Assembly (NCBI GenBank): GCA_035084275.1
Contig: CM068749.1
Coordinates: 15,190,001 to 15,254,000, forward strand
Reading direction: 5' to 3'
DNA length: 64,000 bases
From: Hydrolagus colliei
Lineage: Eukaryota
The notes beneath the pieces were generated by a model, which worked only from the letters and a program-made list of their open reading frames with translations, had not been told where the DNA came from and ran no database searches. Shown piece after piece: positions 51,700 through 64,000 of this stretch. Each line of letters starts with the position of its first letter. The stretch's first letter is position 1. A program made the translations under genes and the position numbers.

Positions 51700-52076
51700 A
51701 ATACACTGTATCATAAAATATGTACATCAATAGCATTTGGTGATTGAAGGCCTTCACAGCACCCATGAGTATTCTATACACAATTAATTCTGTCTGTCAG
51801 AAATTTTGAAATGATTTCAATTGCTTTAATTAGCTGATAATTAGCGGGGTAAGACTTCTTCCAAATGTGACATGTACCACTGATAGAATTCATTGTGTAA
51901 CAATTTTGAACTGTAATGTGATTTAAGATAATCAGATTTGCCTCAGGAATTGGCTGTTTTGGCGATATTAGGTTACTTGTATAAACATTTTACTGTGTAA
52001 AAGATTTACTGTAACTTTTAAATCTTTGTCAGATTTTAGAAATCACTGGTAATCTTGACTCAAATAATATCCGTGT

Positions 52077-52148
52077 AACAACAACAACAACAACAACAAA
52101 TTACATTTATTGAGCGCCTTTCACGTCGGGAGGACGTCCCAAGGCACT
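52077..52148 (-). mobile_element. L2 3' tail
   Basis: (CAA)n-ATTACATTTATTGAGCGCCTTTCACGTCGGGAGGACGTCCCAAGGC. Confidence 0.85.
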
Positions 52149-52742
52149 GAAACTGAGAGGGCTAATTTTAAACGGAGGTAAACCAGCATAAAAACTATAG
52201 ACGTTCAGAATATCGCTTGTCCTATTGCATATACAGTTACTCAAAAGTTTCTCAAACAGCTGCTTTCATTTAACACTCCTTTGCATTTAAAAAAATATTA
52301 AATGTTTGATTGCAGTGTTTTCCTTTTCAAGATCAATTGCTGTGTATGTGGGGAGTGATATCCAGAAATAATTGGATTTTCCTTATAACACATGAAAATT
52401 TTCCTCTTTAGCATTCTATTACTTTAACCTTTCTGCCAATATCCCAGTTACTACTATGAAGGCAAAGGTACTTATAGGAAGTATCTAAGCAACATGTGAT
52501 TAATTTGCTCACTACAGTTAAACCTGAGGCAAATGGATTTTCATGAGAAAAATGCTTTGGTTGGAGACATTTCTAGTTATCATGAGATACTGAGACAGTA
52601 ACATTCATTAGTATAAATGATCATTTGTAGTCTTCAAAGTTTCACTCTAAGCAAAGCTTTGTTACATTATTTTGCATTGTTTCAGTATTATTTTCTGCTG
52701 TTCTATCTCACTGATATAATCATAAGACATAATAATACATAG

Positions 52743-52995
52743 TAATAATTATTGCGTTTGGTAGAATATTTTTCATTGAGAGGACATCTCAATTAGCTTC
52801 ACAGAATTTATTGTAAATTACACTATATCTTGTAGGTGCATGCGACAAACAATTTGCACCCAGCAATGCCCCACAAATAGCCATGAAATGAATGGCCAAT
52901 TATTCTGGAAGATTGCTGGCCACATCACTGGGAGAAACTCCCTTCTCTTTTGGAATAGTGCCATGCATCCTTAAGCCCCACTGAACAGGCAGATA
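52743..52995 (-). mobile_element. Older Deu-domain SINE fragment
   Basis: Tail plus TTTGCACCCAGCAATGCCCCACAAA and CTCTTTTGGAATAGTGCCATG...CCACTGAACAGGCAGA, similar to the 57512 copy. Confidence 0.7.
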
Positions 52996-53728
52996 TGTAC
53001 TTCATATATCTTGTTGGAGTCTAGATATTTTGAATCTTAATTTGATATTAATGTATTATTGTACATGGTGGAAGTTTAACGATTATTAATTATCAAAACA
53101 GGATTGGTACTACTTACCAGTAGAAACATAATCCAATTGATTTTATCGGGGAAGAGGATACCTGAAGTTAGGATCAGTGGAGGATTGAATATGTTTCTGG
53201 AGACAATGATTTAATTGGACTAAAGTTTTACAAACAGAGCTTTAACATCAGCATTCCAAGTAGTGATCTGCAGAAATTTGTAGAATTTAATATCTGCATT
53301 TCAAGGCTGGTGACATTTATCATCTTCATGTTGGCTGATTGATTGTGGACAGGTTTCTTGATTAATTCCAAACAAGATGCTACATTATTCCAGGTAGATA
53401 TTTTACAGATTTGATTTTGCAATCAAGTGCTTTGACTAATTTGACTCATAGTCTGGAGTTTACAGGTTTGAATCCCAGTAGCAATCAATTTTTAATCTAT
53501 TATTCTCAGCTCTGTAGTGATGAGTTTAGGTTTTGGGCAAGCTATTAAGCCTTCTTATAGGAGTTATATGACAAGAGGGAATATCTTATTAAACATTGTG
53601 TTTCAGTGTCATAAGAAGCAATCCATTATCAAATCTGTTAAATTGAGAGTGCATTGTTAATGGATAACAAGACTACGGTGGACTGGTTGTGCAGTCTTCA
53701 AAATAGGTCGCTGTTGACAAACGTAATA

Positions 53729-53898
53729 CAGTAAAACTCATGTAACTATGATCTGTATAATTCATATAATAGCCAAAGTCATATATTAACCCAAGTTCCA
53801 TTGAATTTCCTATTATTTATGTTTCACATAACTCATACTTTGCATACATCATAGTCAACATGTGGTCCCAACTGATAAGCCTTGTGTGAGGTTTACTG
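53729..53898. mobile_element. Short (170 bp) Tigger-like MITE
   Basis: TA|CAGTAAAACTCA ... TGAGGTTTACTG|TA; TIR match 11/12 with TA duplication. Confidence 0.7.
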
Positions 53899-53972
53899 TA
53901 CGCAATTTATAATTTTGACTATGTGAGTTAAGTAACGGTTGAAGACTAGGTTTGTCTACTTGAGTTATTTTT

Positions 53973-54055
53973 CAACAACAACAAGAAAATCATACTTGCA
54001 TAACCCTATCACATCAGGAGGATGTCCCAAGGTGCTGGCCAGTGATTGTTTCAAG
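53973..54055 (-). mobile_element. L2 3' tail
   Basis: (CAA)n...TCACATCAGGAGGATGTCCCAAGGTGCTGG. Confidence 0.75.
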
Positions 54056-55039
54056 CTATTTAGTTGACTTTAAACATATTTCCCCACCATTTCTTTTGTC
54101 TTTGGTTTATGACTAGTAATCTCAAGATTGTATGTAGAAAGTAGCAGAATGTGGTAGACCAGGCAATACACTTTACAGGAGTTGCTTGTTTTGGACTCCA
54201 CGATAAACATAATGTTTGTCCACATTTGAAGTCAGACTATGCTGTAGGCTATGTTTTCATAGCCTGCAGCTGCATAAAAGCTTAGCTAAGAACCAACGAC
54301 TATGACGGTTTTGCATTGAGGGAATCCAATATTATTTTAAAGATGGTGTGCCGCTACATTGCTACATTATTAGTTTGTTTGTTTAAACAAAAGATGCAAA
54401 CAGACCTACTCCTAAGCAAAAATAAAATTATCTCAGATCTTGCCCAATAGTCAGTTACTTCCATATCCCCAAATGCCTATTTGAATACATTGGATATTTG
54501 TAACCTACATTCAAAAGTTTCTAATTAAAAATATCTTCCACATCAATTGAATTTCTACATGGTACCCCAGTATTACATGACAAAAGTCTGTGCTTAATAT
54601 GCACACAATCGTTTCCATTTTCATGTTATTGATTTGGGTTTGCAACCAAATTATTATCATAAGAGGCTCCGCATGACCAATCATATTAGTTTTCTAACCA
54701 CATCAGTTCCTACCAACGCCTGAAGCAATCTGCGGAAGGCAACACATTGGATCAAGCACAATCTCTTCTCATAAGTTGAAAAATATTCAGCTGCAATTGT
54801 TGCCCAAACTTAAATTACATTCTCACGTCTTGTGTGCTACGATATTGTTTGATATAATTCTGCATTACACATATCTAAAGTAAATCTTTTTTTTAGAAGG
54901 TTTAAATCCAGGCATTTGTATTCTGATGAGCAGATTATTCACCAACTGCATGATGGTGTGAGGGGAAGACTGTACTGACTGTGCCTTTTCCATACTATTT
55001 AATGTACCTCGTAAGATCAAGCACCACTATGTCCTTACA

Positions 55040-55420
55040 CAAAATCTCTTCGGTGTATTCTTCGCTGAAATGATTGATGTCATAAAAGATAACATCGTGG
55101 TGCTTGCATCAGATTTCATACAAGGTCTTGAGCTCTTGTGTGTTGATCTACTCTCGCAAGGAGGTCACTCATTCAATGTCTTCTCTTCCCCGATGTCTGG
55201 GCATTTGGAGCAGACACCCAGAAAGATCTGCAACTAATTGTGGACAGATTTGCTGTAGCAACAAAGAATGACAGGTTTACCTGAAAAAAAACAAGAGGCA
55301 TCAAACAATCCATCACTGCCAGTGATACTGAGTTCATTGCTTTAGTGGCGTTCATCTCCCTGGGAAGCATGCAGTCAAACATAACTCTCATTGACCAGGA
55401 AGTACTCGCACACATTATGA
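55040..55420 (+). mobile_element. Degenerate RTE-clade LINE reverse transcriptase fragment
   Basis: Plus strand reads CLLFPDVWAFGADTQKDLQLIVDRFAVA...KKT then SITASDTEFIALVAFISLGS...IDQEVLAHI, resembling RTE LLFADD-AL-AH---DLQ--VDRF and F-YLGS---ID-E---RI. Confidence 0.7.
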
Positions 55421-57511
55421 CATGAGGGTTGGTTGCTATTTTTTGGCAACTGAATAAATAAGTATGATCAATTGCCTACCTATTCCCTTGACTGCCTGTG
55501 AGTTTGCCTGATGATCCTTTCCCTATGTGCTTATCTCAAGAGTGCAGATGAAGAATATCCAACCCATTTGATCTCATTCTTTCGGAAATCATTAAAAATA
55601 AGTTTTTTTTTAAAACTTTAAATTATCATAATATGGTACAATATGCAATGGCTATCACAGCACTTACTGTTTTTTGTGAAAATAAAAATTCCACATAATT
55701 TCAGTGAAGCATTTTCTAGGTAGTCTTAATAATAGTTACAATGGTACATTTACATTTAAGTTTATGTAGCTAGAGCACCCCAATAAATTATTATTTAGTT
55801 AACATTTATCTGACGGAATTTGAAGTCTGTTATTTTAAAAATAACATAGAATTTAGATATTGTGAAATCGATATTACTTAACATTAATGAAAGCTGGTTT
55901 CCACTAACATTATAAAAGATTGCCTCATCCGTCTACTTTAAACCAATGAATCAACCAATCTTGCCTGTTTTGTTCATGCATAAATAATAGGAATTATTGA
56001 CTTCCTAGGATCCTCCAATTGATGTATATACATTTATTTTAGGTTGCTATTGCTAATGTTTCTACCTTGAAGTTCTCAAATGATTGAAGTAAACCATCTT
56101 TTTTATTTGTTCAATATGCTCCGGTCTTATTTCAGTGATTTAAAAACATCTGTCATAAAAAATCTAGGACAAGCTGAAAATTGTTTTGAATATTGGATAG
56201 TCATATCGGAAAGGGCAGGGATGCCGAAAAAGTATCGCTTTGCAATGGGAATCACGAATAGCAACTCAAAAGTTGCTAATAGAGAATCCTACAGTAACCC
56301 ATAACACATCCTAGCCCACTCATGAGATCCTCTACTTCAGATCGTGGAACCCATGAGTTGGTTGTGGACCCTGAGTTAGTGACAACTTGCATTTATATAC
56401 CATCCTCCACACTGAGCAGCATCTCAGAGTGCTTCACAATGGTGGAGTCTGAGGCCAAGCCAGTTGGAGAGGAAGGTAAGAATTCATGTTTCCTTTCGAT
56501 GAAATGTCATGTTTGACCCTATTACCTGATACATCATAGATTCACTTTTTTAATGCTTATTTGAAGAGACTATAATATTGTAGGTGTCTGTTACTTATGA
56601 GTAGGTTACCTTACCCTTGAATCTTCAACATTCATTTCATAAAAACTAGTAATTAGGTACTCAGGAATTTAATTTACAATTCTCTTTCATTTTGATTAAG
56701 CTCAGTTCTTTCCAATAACTGAAAGATAGGTTTATTACTCTTTTTGGGGGGATGGGCCATTAAAAGTTTATGAAGGGCAACAATGTGATAAAATACCAGA
56801 AGCAATAAATCACTGTGTTGTAAAACAAGTATGAAATTAATCCATTTGTATGAAATGAATAAAGGAGAACTTAGACAGTCACAATTGACTGAGTTATTAC
56901 CCAACCTTAAGATTTTGTGAAAACACCATTACATATTAATAAAGTTTTATCTTTCTCTAGGTAACCATATCTCTATAGAGTGTCTAGATTGTATTTTATG
57001 AATTGACGCTTACCTTTAAGTTATAAATCTTTCTTTTGACAGGCAATAGTGGATTGCTTTTATTTTATTGAGCTCAGTAACGTGATGCTAAATAACATTC
57101 ATTGGTTCAATATAGTTGCACTTACTCCTCAGAAATGTTACTCATCAAACGAAACGTGCTACAGTTTTAACCTCCTTACAGCTTAATAGCCACACTGCAG
57201 ATCTATTGAAGAGATATATTGTACAACAGCATGATTTTAAAAAAACATCTTCATAAGAACCTTGTATAGTATAAAATAGATATGCATCATAATGTGTTTC
57301 AACTGTAGTCAAATATGGCAGTTTAATTAGATCAGGGACAATAAAAGCTAGATTTATAAATGATTAATACACGGTGAGGCCACACAAGAAGAGAGTTTCA
57401 AGGGATTTGATTTTATAGACGTAGATTATATCAGCTCACAGTTCATTTGGATTGGTGTGATGTACTTCCACTTATTGGAAACTACATTTATGCTTTCTGG
57501 CTTTTGCAAAG

Positions 57512-57897
57512 AATAATAATAGTAATCTTTGCAGTTGTTTTACGACCTTATCACGTCATTGAGATATCTCAAAGTGCTTCACAGTATTTATTGTAAAGTG
57601 CATTGACTGCATTTTATGGGCACACAGCAATGCCCACAAGCAGCCATGGAGTGAGTGAGAGACCAATTATATTCGGCGGATCGTTAGCAAGGAGAGACTT
57701 GGGAAAAACTTTGCTTTGTGAATAATGCCATGGAATCTTTAATATTCACCTATAAAGGCAGATGGGACCTCAGCTTAACTTTTTGTCTGAAGGACGATAC
57801 CTCTCGACAATACAGCAGACCTCCAGCGCTTGCATTGGAGTGTCTGCTTGAACTACATGAGTCCTGGCGTAGGACTTCAACCCACAATCTCTGACTC
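57512..57897 (-). mobile_element. Older Deu-domain SINE
   Basis: SINE-type tail at left; Deu-like core AATAATGCCATGGAATCTTTAATATTCACC...TCTGAAGGACGATACCTC...CTTGCATTGGAGTGTC; B-box-like GGACTTCAACCC at right. Confidence 0.75.
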
Positions 57898-57899
57898 AA

Positions 57900-57959
57900 C
57901 ACCTTGGGACGTCCTCCCGATGTGAAAGGCGCTCCATAAATGTAATTTTGTTGTTGTTG
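57900..57959 (+). mobile_element. L2 3' tail
   Basis: CCTTGGGACGTCCTCCCGATGTGAAAGGCGCTCCATAAATGTAATTTTGTTGTTGTTG. Confidence 0.85.
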
Positions 57960-60645
57960 ATAGTACCATGCCAGCCTTCCACGTGGCTAATTAGTTAAAA
58001 GAAAATTTTACGCTTTCGTTTTCTTTGAAAAGTGAACGTCGGTGATTAAAATGTGCCTGAAAAATGTAAAGGGGGGCAAAACTAGTATATTCTGAATTAA
58101 TTCAACATACTCATTAATTTGTGTGCCTTCTCTGTTAAAATGGCTGACTGCCACATCCATGGTAATGCAACCGCACTGTCTTTCCATACCTTTAGACAAG
58201 TCGTCCTTTCTAACTTACTCATTACTGTTGTAGTGGTCTAACAAGGGGATGAACAAGGTCTAACAAGACTTGAAAATATTTTTTTATTGTCAGTGATGAT
58301 CTGACTCTTTAGGTTAGTATTAATCAAAAAGTCCTTGAGGTATAGATTAGTACAAACCTTAAATGAATAGTAATAAGCTGCAAGATCTTTAGGGGGGCAT
58401 TTATGAACGGAAAGAGTTCATTTTTTGGTGTGTATAAATTCAAACCACATGGAGCCCTCCAAAATCTAATTTTCTAAAACTGGGATGAATAGAATAAGCC
58501 TCTCTTATTCTGTTTTTATTAAAACAATCTGTGTCTCCTTAAGGAAATTAATTATGATTCTCCATGTTTGAATTTAGATTTCTCCTGAGTAACAAATGTC
58601 ATGGCATCAAGAGAAGACAGCAAAATCTTTTGAAATCATCTCCAAAGCATTTTGATGAGTTTGTGTTGAAACCATCACGAGAGTGCTCCAAAAAACACCC
58701 AAATAAAATGCTTTACAAAATAACGAAAGAGTCCAGATGATATGCAATTTCAAGACAAAAAAAAATCAGAGCATCACGATACAACTGCAATCTCAACCAA
58801 TTTGTGATCCAAATCAGTAGGGATAAAGTACAGCTTCAAATCTGCAATGCTAGTCATATAATCTGACTATGTTTTCAGTGTGCATTATTTTCATAGCATG
58901 TAGACAATTGAGAGAAATTGCTGTAATTTCACAAAGGCTCCGCATTTTATATGCTGCTGCACTGTAACTGAATTAGAACTTGAAGTTTAAAGAAATCTTA
59001 TTTCTAATGTTTACAGAATGCCAAATTTATTTTATGGTAAGATGGACGACAGAAAGGAAAATTAGATTTTGTTTGTGATAAGCTCCGCATTTTACTCCAC
59101 CAATTGGAAAAACCGGTCACGTTTACTGGAAAAACAAATAATGCAGTTGTTCTGTTCCCATTCATCATCCTGGTTATTACAGGTTTCATTATCTATACAG
59201 AGGAATGAGAATTCATTTATAATGTTGCACTAAAGTATAAATCAAATGTGCCAGAGATGCAAACCTGGAATTGCTGCACCTGACCATTGAGTTTTAACTT
59301 TCTCCACCCCTAAAATCTTAAAAATACAATCAGAAGTGTACTAATCAAAGGTGTGCCATTTAAGGGGTGAAGGAACTGGAAAACAGAGATTATCTAATCT
59401 GAATTCCTCCCCACTCTAAATATGAAATTGTCTCCTCAATCATGTGTTCTTCTGTATTATACTTTGTACAGAATGCAGGCATTTTTCTCACTTTCTTTCT
59501 GAATTCTCACCTGTTCAGCTGCCATTCTTGCATTCCATTTTTTATTGCCTGCAAAGCCATAATGGGCAAATGCACTCATTCATTTGGCTGCCACATGTGT
59601 AGGTTCGAAATGCTATTTTTATAATATTTGAGGTAGCATTTTACCAAGTTACAAGTGCTGTTTTCCCAAATTAACAGTGCTGTTTTTCTAAGCCTCTAGT
59701 GTCAATTAATATTATTTCATTTTTCTATTAATAGGATACCACCATTTATATATATGTTACTCACACTTAAAAATTAAAAATTTGTTTAACTGTTCTTGGA
59801 AATGGAAAATAGTAAAAATTTATGTGAGGTGCCAAGGTACAAGTTTTGCTGTTGGTCTTATTTGGTGTAATATCATTCAATTTTCAAGCCAAAGTATTAA
59901 AGGCTTGACTTTAATGCTATTCCAGACATACTTCACATTCTTACAGATTGCACAAAGGCAATTGAGGGGGTTGTGATGAAAATATATATATTTTAATTCA
60001 GGTGAAATTGATTCCCTCAGTTTACTTTCAGCAAAAAACATTTTGTTTATGTCATTTTGTGAGTCAAACAATTGATAGCACTCACCAGCAGATATAAAAC
60101 ATTTATGAATTGTTTTAAAATTCCTCCTTCCCAGGAGTATAACTATTTTTTTCCATGTCAACGACAATTCATTGCAAGTATTGTAATTGAGTATACGTTG
60201 TCCCAAAATTTTACAGCTTATATTGTAAGTGTTTGAAACAGTATCAGCAATTTGCAATAAGAAATGGTGTCAATAGTTTTTGATTACTGCATCCACAATA
60301 TGAACAATAAGAGAAAGGAAGTTGACAATTGTTTACACACAGTGTTATTTTGGTCTGTCTTCTGGATGTGAACAATTGCATCTCTGTTTTTAATTTGAAA
60401 AACGTTTTAGCTCACTTCACAAATTGTATTTTGATGATTGCAGCTTAGCCTCCAGCTATACGGTGGCTGGCAGGAGTTGCAAATACAAAATAAATAATTC
60501 AAAATAGTTCTCGAATTGTGGTGTTTTCGGTCAACATATCCAAAGTCCCCTGTTGAAAGTAATGCATTAAAAGGTTTTGATGATTTGCTAATGCTTCATC
60601 ATTTTAATGATTTTTTTAATCCCCCCTTCTCTTTTCTTTTGATAG

Positions 60646-60753
60646 AGTACAGTCTGGTTCATACCTGAGTACTGGCTGGTTCACGCTTGTCCTTGCTATG
60701 GATGTTTGTCACAAAATCCATATCTATGGTATGATTAATGCCACCCACTGCAG
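60646..60753 (+). CDS. ST6GALNAC3: ST6GALNAC3 coding exon 4: sialylmotif S
   Basis: Long pyrimidine tract then gatag|A; donor CAG|gtaaga; 108 nt, phase 2-2. Translates (R)VQSGSYLSTGWFTLVLAMDVCHKIHIYGMINATHC(R). Absent from the ORF track; read by hand. Confidence 0.96.
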
Positions 60754-61029
60754 GTAAGATCACTGGAAGTCTTTTCAGAGATCACACAGCACATTGCAGT
60801 TTTTAATTGCTTATTTGCTTTGTAGCTGGTGTTCTCCAGAAGAGTTTTACACAATATGGAAAAAGGAGAAAATGGCTGGGCACTAAATTAAATAATTGGA
60901 ATAAGAATTATTATCAATGAATAAAATTAGCTTACATCTGGGAAATGTGCCTTAAGCATGACCAAGCAACAGCATAAATCAATCCATTACTTAGCACAAA
61001 TTGACACTTGATCAGCCATAAGGGTGGCT

Positions 61030-61290
61030 TGTGTCATCCACTCTACTCCACCATCGATGCCTGAACTTTCAGCTACTTCACCCCCAAAGTTTGGAACTTT
61101 CTCGCTCAATCTCTCCTGTCGTGTCCCCTCCTTCCCCATTTTCAGATCACGTCTGAAGACCTTCCTCTTAGACTGTGTTTATGCTCACCTCCACCCTCTC
61201 CCCAGATCCACATCAGGCTGTGCCACTGTTAAACCTTCTGAGATGCCACCCTGCTGTATGAGAAAGGGTGCTAAACAAATATAAGTACTT
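61030..61290 (+). mobile_element. Older L2 3' fragment in the last intron
   Basis: Encodes FRSRLKTFLLD; tail CTGAGATGCC...GAAAGGGTGCTAAACAAAT. Confidence 0.7.
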
Positions 61291-61640
61291 AGTTGTTTGA
61301 ACAGCAGAGAGAAAAAAAAAATTCCATGATTTCTAATGCAATTTCTCAGCCAGCACAGAATATCGCCTATATTTCCAAACCAGCAAATAACATTATGTTT
61401 GTTTTTTTAAAGTTCAAATTACAAGGCCTGTGTGATTTTTTTTAATGGAAAATCTATAAATATTATTGTTTGACAGCTTTAAATTTTTTTCACAATTTCA
61501 CTTGCCCGTGCAACAATCCCCTGAATCATATATTTTATAAGGCATGTCAAGTCTGGATTTAAACCTGCTTAGAATGTAATTATGTGTAGAGAAAATGTCC
61601 GGGTCAAAATGTCACTTATGATTATGCTTAGTCTTCACAG

Positions 61641-61830
61641 AACTGAAGGATACAAAAGAGTTCCTTATCATTACTATGAAGCTGGGAGTCGAGATGAATG
61701 TACAGAGTATTTCCTGCATGAAAATGCCCCTTATGGAGGTCACAGATTCATTACTGAAAAATCTGTCTTTGCAAAATGGGCCAAACAACACAACATGACA
61801 TTCTCACACCCAATGTGGTCACTCTCATGA
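61641..61830 (+). CDS. ST6GALNAC3: ST6GALNAC3 last coding exon: motif III (HYYE), sialylmotif VS (HRFITE) and stop
   Basis: Acceptor tcttcacag|A, phase 2. Translates (R)TEGYKRVPYHYYEAGSRDECTEYFLHENAPYGGHRFITEKSVFAKWAKQHNMTFSHPMWSLS*; TGA ends at 61830. Confidence 0.96.
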
Positions 61831-63620
61831 TACAGATTAGAATTGTACAAGAAAAATGATGGTATGATCCTAACATGAATACTTTTATTACGTCTGTTAG
61901 ACTCACTGTACAATAATTATTTTCTGCCTTCCTTCGTTGACAAAAGTGAACAGTTAACGATGAATAGGCTCCAGAATAAAGCCTTTCATTTGCCAGGGGT
62001 AAAATCATCGATCACTTTGTTCCACTAAAGCCTTGTCAATCTGCGACTTTTGATGATATGAGTACTTTTGACAAATGTAAGCACTTTAAATATTGACTAT
62101 GGAATACCCAACAAGGGTAAAATAATGTTAGCATTCACTAAAATGCAGTTCAAAATCATATTTGGCCATTCGGTTGAATCATCTTTCAGTTGATTCTTCT
62201 GTTTGTGAAAGTACTGTCCGGGAAAGGTAACATCAGTAACAAAATGAGATTTTAACCAAAGGAATTGGCGTGTAATTGGTGATTGCCAGTTCAAGTTAAA
62301 TGATTGGAGCAAGTCACACCTCATGACTCGTTGCTTACTCTGGTCATTTAGGTTTTGGACAGTGAATTGATTTACTTGTGAAAATCATTATTCAAATGTA
62401 TAATGTTAGAAAAATAATAGATTGCTGCAGTGTTCAAATATGTTAATCATTATTATTAAGGCTGCTTTTTTTTGGATCAACTTTAAACTTTGTATGGAAT
62501 CCCCATGTATTTAAAATGACAGGCTAATGTGTAAATGAGGTCTGACTGGTCTGATTTGTTATACAGGGATGAATTTGCAGGTATATTGAGAATATGGCAG
62601 CAAATTCACAAGATTTGCTTTGGTTCAAATTCATCCATGCACTGAATACACACAATATTAACAGCATTATTACAAAACGTTCTGTGATTTACTAAATACA
62701 CCCCAGCCTTCTCACAACTCTACTTTGAGTTAAAACCAGCCATGATAATTCACCAATAATCTTAGGTGAAGGCCTTGTTGTCAAACATGAACTGTTAGAG
62801 TTGTGAATCATAGACAGTGCATAAGTCAAAAGCAAACATGTATCTGCTTTGCAGAAAGTAAACAAAGGGTCGAGTATTGTCTTATTATTATTCATTTAAT
62901 GATTCTACAAGCTGTTCACATCACTGGTTTAAATTGACAATATTAATTGTATTTAATATGATTTTTACTGATGTAAGTTTTCAGTGATAAAGCCCTGTGG
63001 TGTTCCATTCTGTAATACAATATCGATTTATTATTTATTTTTCTTCTCAGTGTTATAAACAGTCTTACTTTAATGCAATATTGAAATTTCCTTTTTTGGG
63101 GGGCTATGATTTGACCATGAGAGCATGGTTCAATAACTTCAGTGTATTGTTTGACATCCACTAAGCCAAATAGCCTTATTGTTTATCTTTGGTAAAGGGT
63201 ATGCTAAACTTTTGTTTTGTAAAGTTATGAGCTAATACTGGAGTCTTCACTGAAATGTTCCAGCCCATTAATTTAATGCTTTACTGGCATTTTTTTAGAA
63301 TGAGTGGTTCATAATCGTATTGGTTATGTGTGGATTGCATCAAAGCATTTCATTTGAGATTGTGCTTTTTTATATTATGTACTTCTGAAGAAGTCTTTTT
63401 CCTTTTTTACTGATGTAACAAAAATCTAATGAATTTTTAATAACGCCCCAAAAAATGACTAAACCTACTTCACCATTGCTATTTTTAATTATTACCATGA
63501 TTGATGTGTTCATAAACCAAATGAAAAGGTTTGTTTATTGGAAATTAACCGCTTCGAACAATAAAAGGATTCTTTTGAAACTCAGATTTGTGGAGCGGAA
63601 TGTAGCAAATAAAATGCATT
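61831..63620 (+). other. Putative 3' UTR of ST6GALNAC3 with candidate poly(A) signals
   Basis: AU-rich, repeat-poor sequence after the stop; AATAAA at 61975-61980, 63560-63565 and 63608-63613. The true 3' end cannot be determined from DNA alone. Confidence 0.5.
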
Positions 63621-63673
63621 TTTGCATTTCTAGAAACCGAAATGTTTTCTTGCAAATCATCGTCAGTTTGAAT

Positions 63674-63790
63674 TAATAATGATGATAATCCTTGCTTTTG
63701 AGATAGCGCGTTATCATGTCTTTGAGATGTTTCAAAGTGCTTCACGGAATATAAAGTAAAGTGAGTTGACTGTATATTTTGTGAGTTGTA
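63674..63790 (-). mobile_element. SINE tail fragment
   Basis: ATAATCCTTGC...ATAGCGCGTTATCATGTCTTTGAGATGTTTCAAAGTGCTTCAC...TTGACTGTATAT, similar to 9672-9770. Confidence 0.8.
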
Positions 63791-64000
63791 GCATGAGCAG
63801 TTACAAAACAAATTGGTGCATAATCTCTGGTACAGTACTTGTGTCAGAATACCTAGCCTGCTACAAGCTGAGAAAGGAACAAGTCCACAGTGCCTAAGAG
63901 TTAGGTTCAAACACTTCAAACAAATGTTGAGGATTTTCCACCTAGAAATATTCACTGGAGTCTGAATTGCAAGATTTGCAAAATGCTTTGTATTTTGCTT

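Larger units (their letters stand above)
18567..61830 (+). other. ST6GALNAC3: Span of the ST6GALNAC3 gene model visible here (5'-partial; exon 1 presumably upstream, so 1-18566 is probably intron 1)
   Basis: 204+410+108+190 nt = 303 codons plus stop with compatible phases; introns of about 22.7 kb, 18.7 kb and 0.9 kb, all GT-AG. Confidence 0.92.

Noticed and set aside
51126-51781. Overlapping 196-aa (+) and 145-aa (-) ORFs
   Set aside because: Alternative frames of the GC-rich L2 fragment.

Overview
AT-rich, repeat-dense vertebrate genomic DNA. The repeat content (L2 3' ends with (GTT)n tails, tRNA-derived Deu-type SINEs, CR1 remnants) suggests a cartilaginous fish such as a chimaera; this is inference only. 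Most of the window lies inside one + strand gene, the Golgi alpha-2,6-sialyltransferase ST6GALNAC3. Four coding exons with canonical GT-AG boundaries can be read directly: 18567-18770 (transmembrane anchor and stem), 41505-41914 (sialylmotif L), 60646-60753 (sialylmotif S) and 61641-61830 (motif III, VS, stop). They join into 303 codons without a frameshift. The short first coding exon was not found and probably lies upstream of the window. Introns contain SINEs, L2, CR1 and RTE fragments, Tigger/pogo-type MITEs and a hAT transposase remnant. No intact novel protein-coding system is evident. The most unusual structures are a 1.2-kb fold-back MITE pair with an apparently micro-inverted terminal repeat, retroposon 3' ends fused head-to-head with both tails facing outward, covarying stem-loops in the L2/SINE tails, and an unclassified direct repeat bracketing the transmembrane exon. 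Family assignments and comparisons with human are from memory, not database searches.
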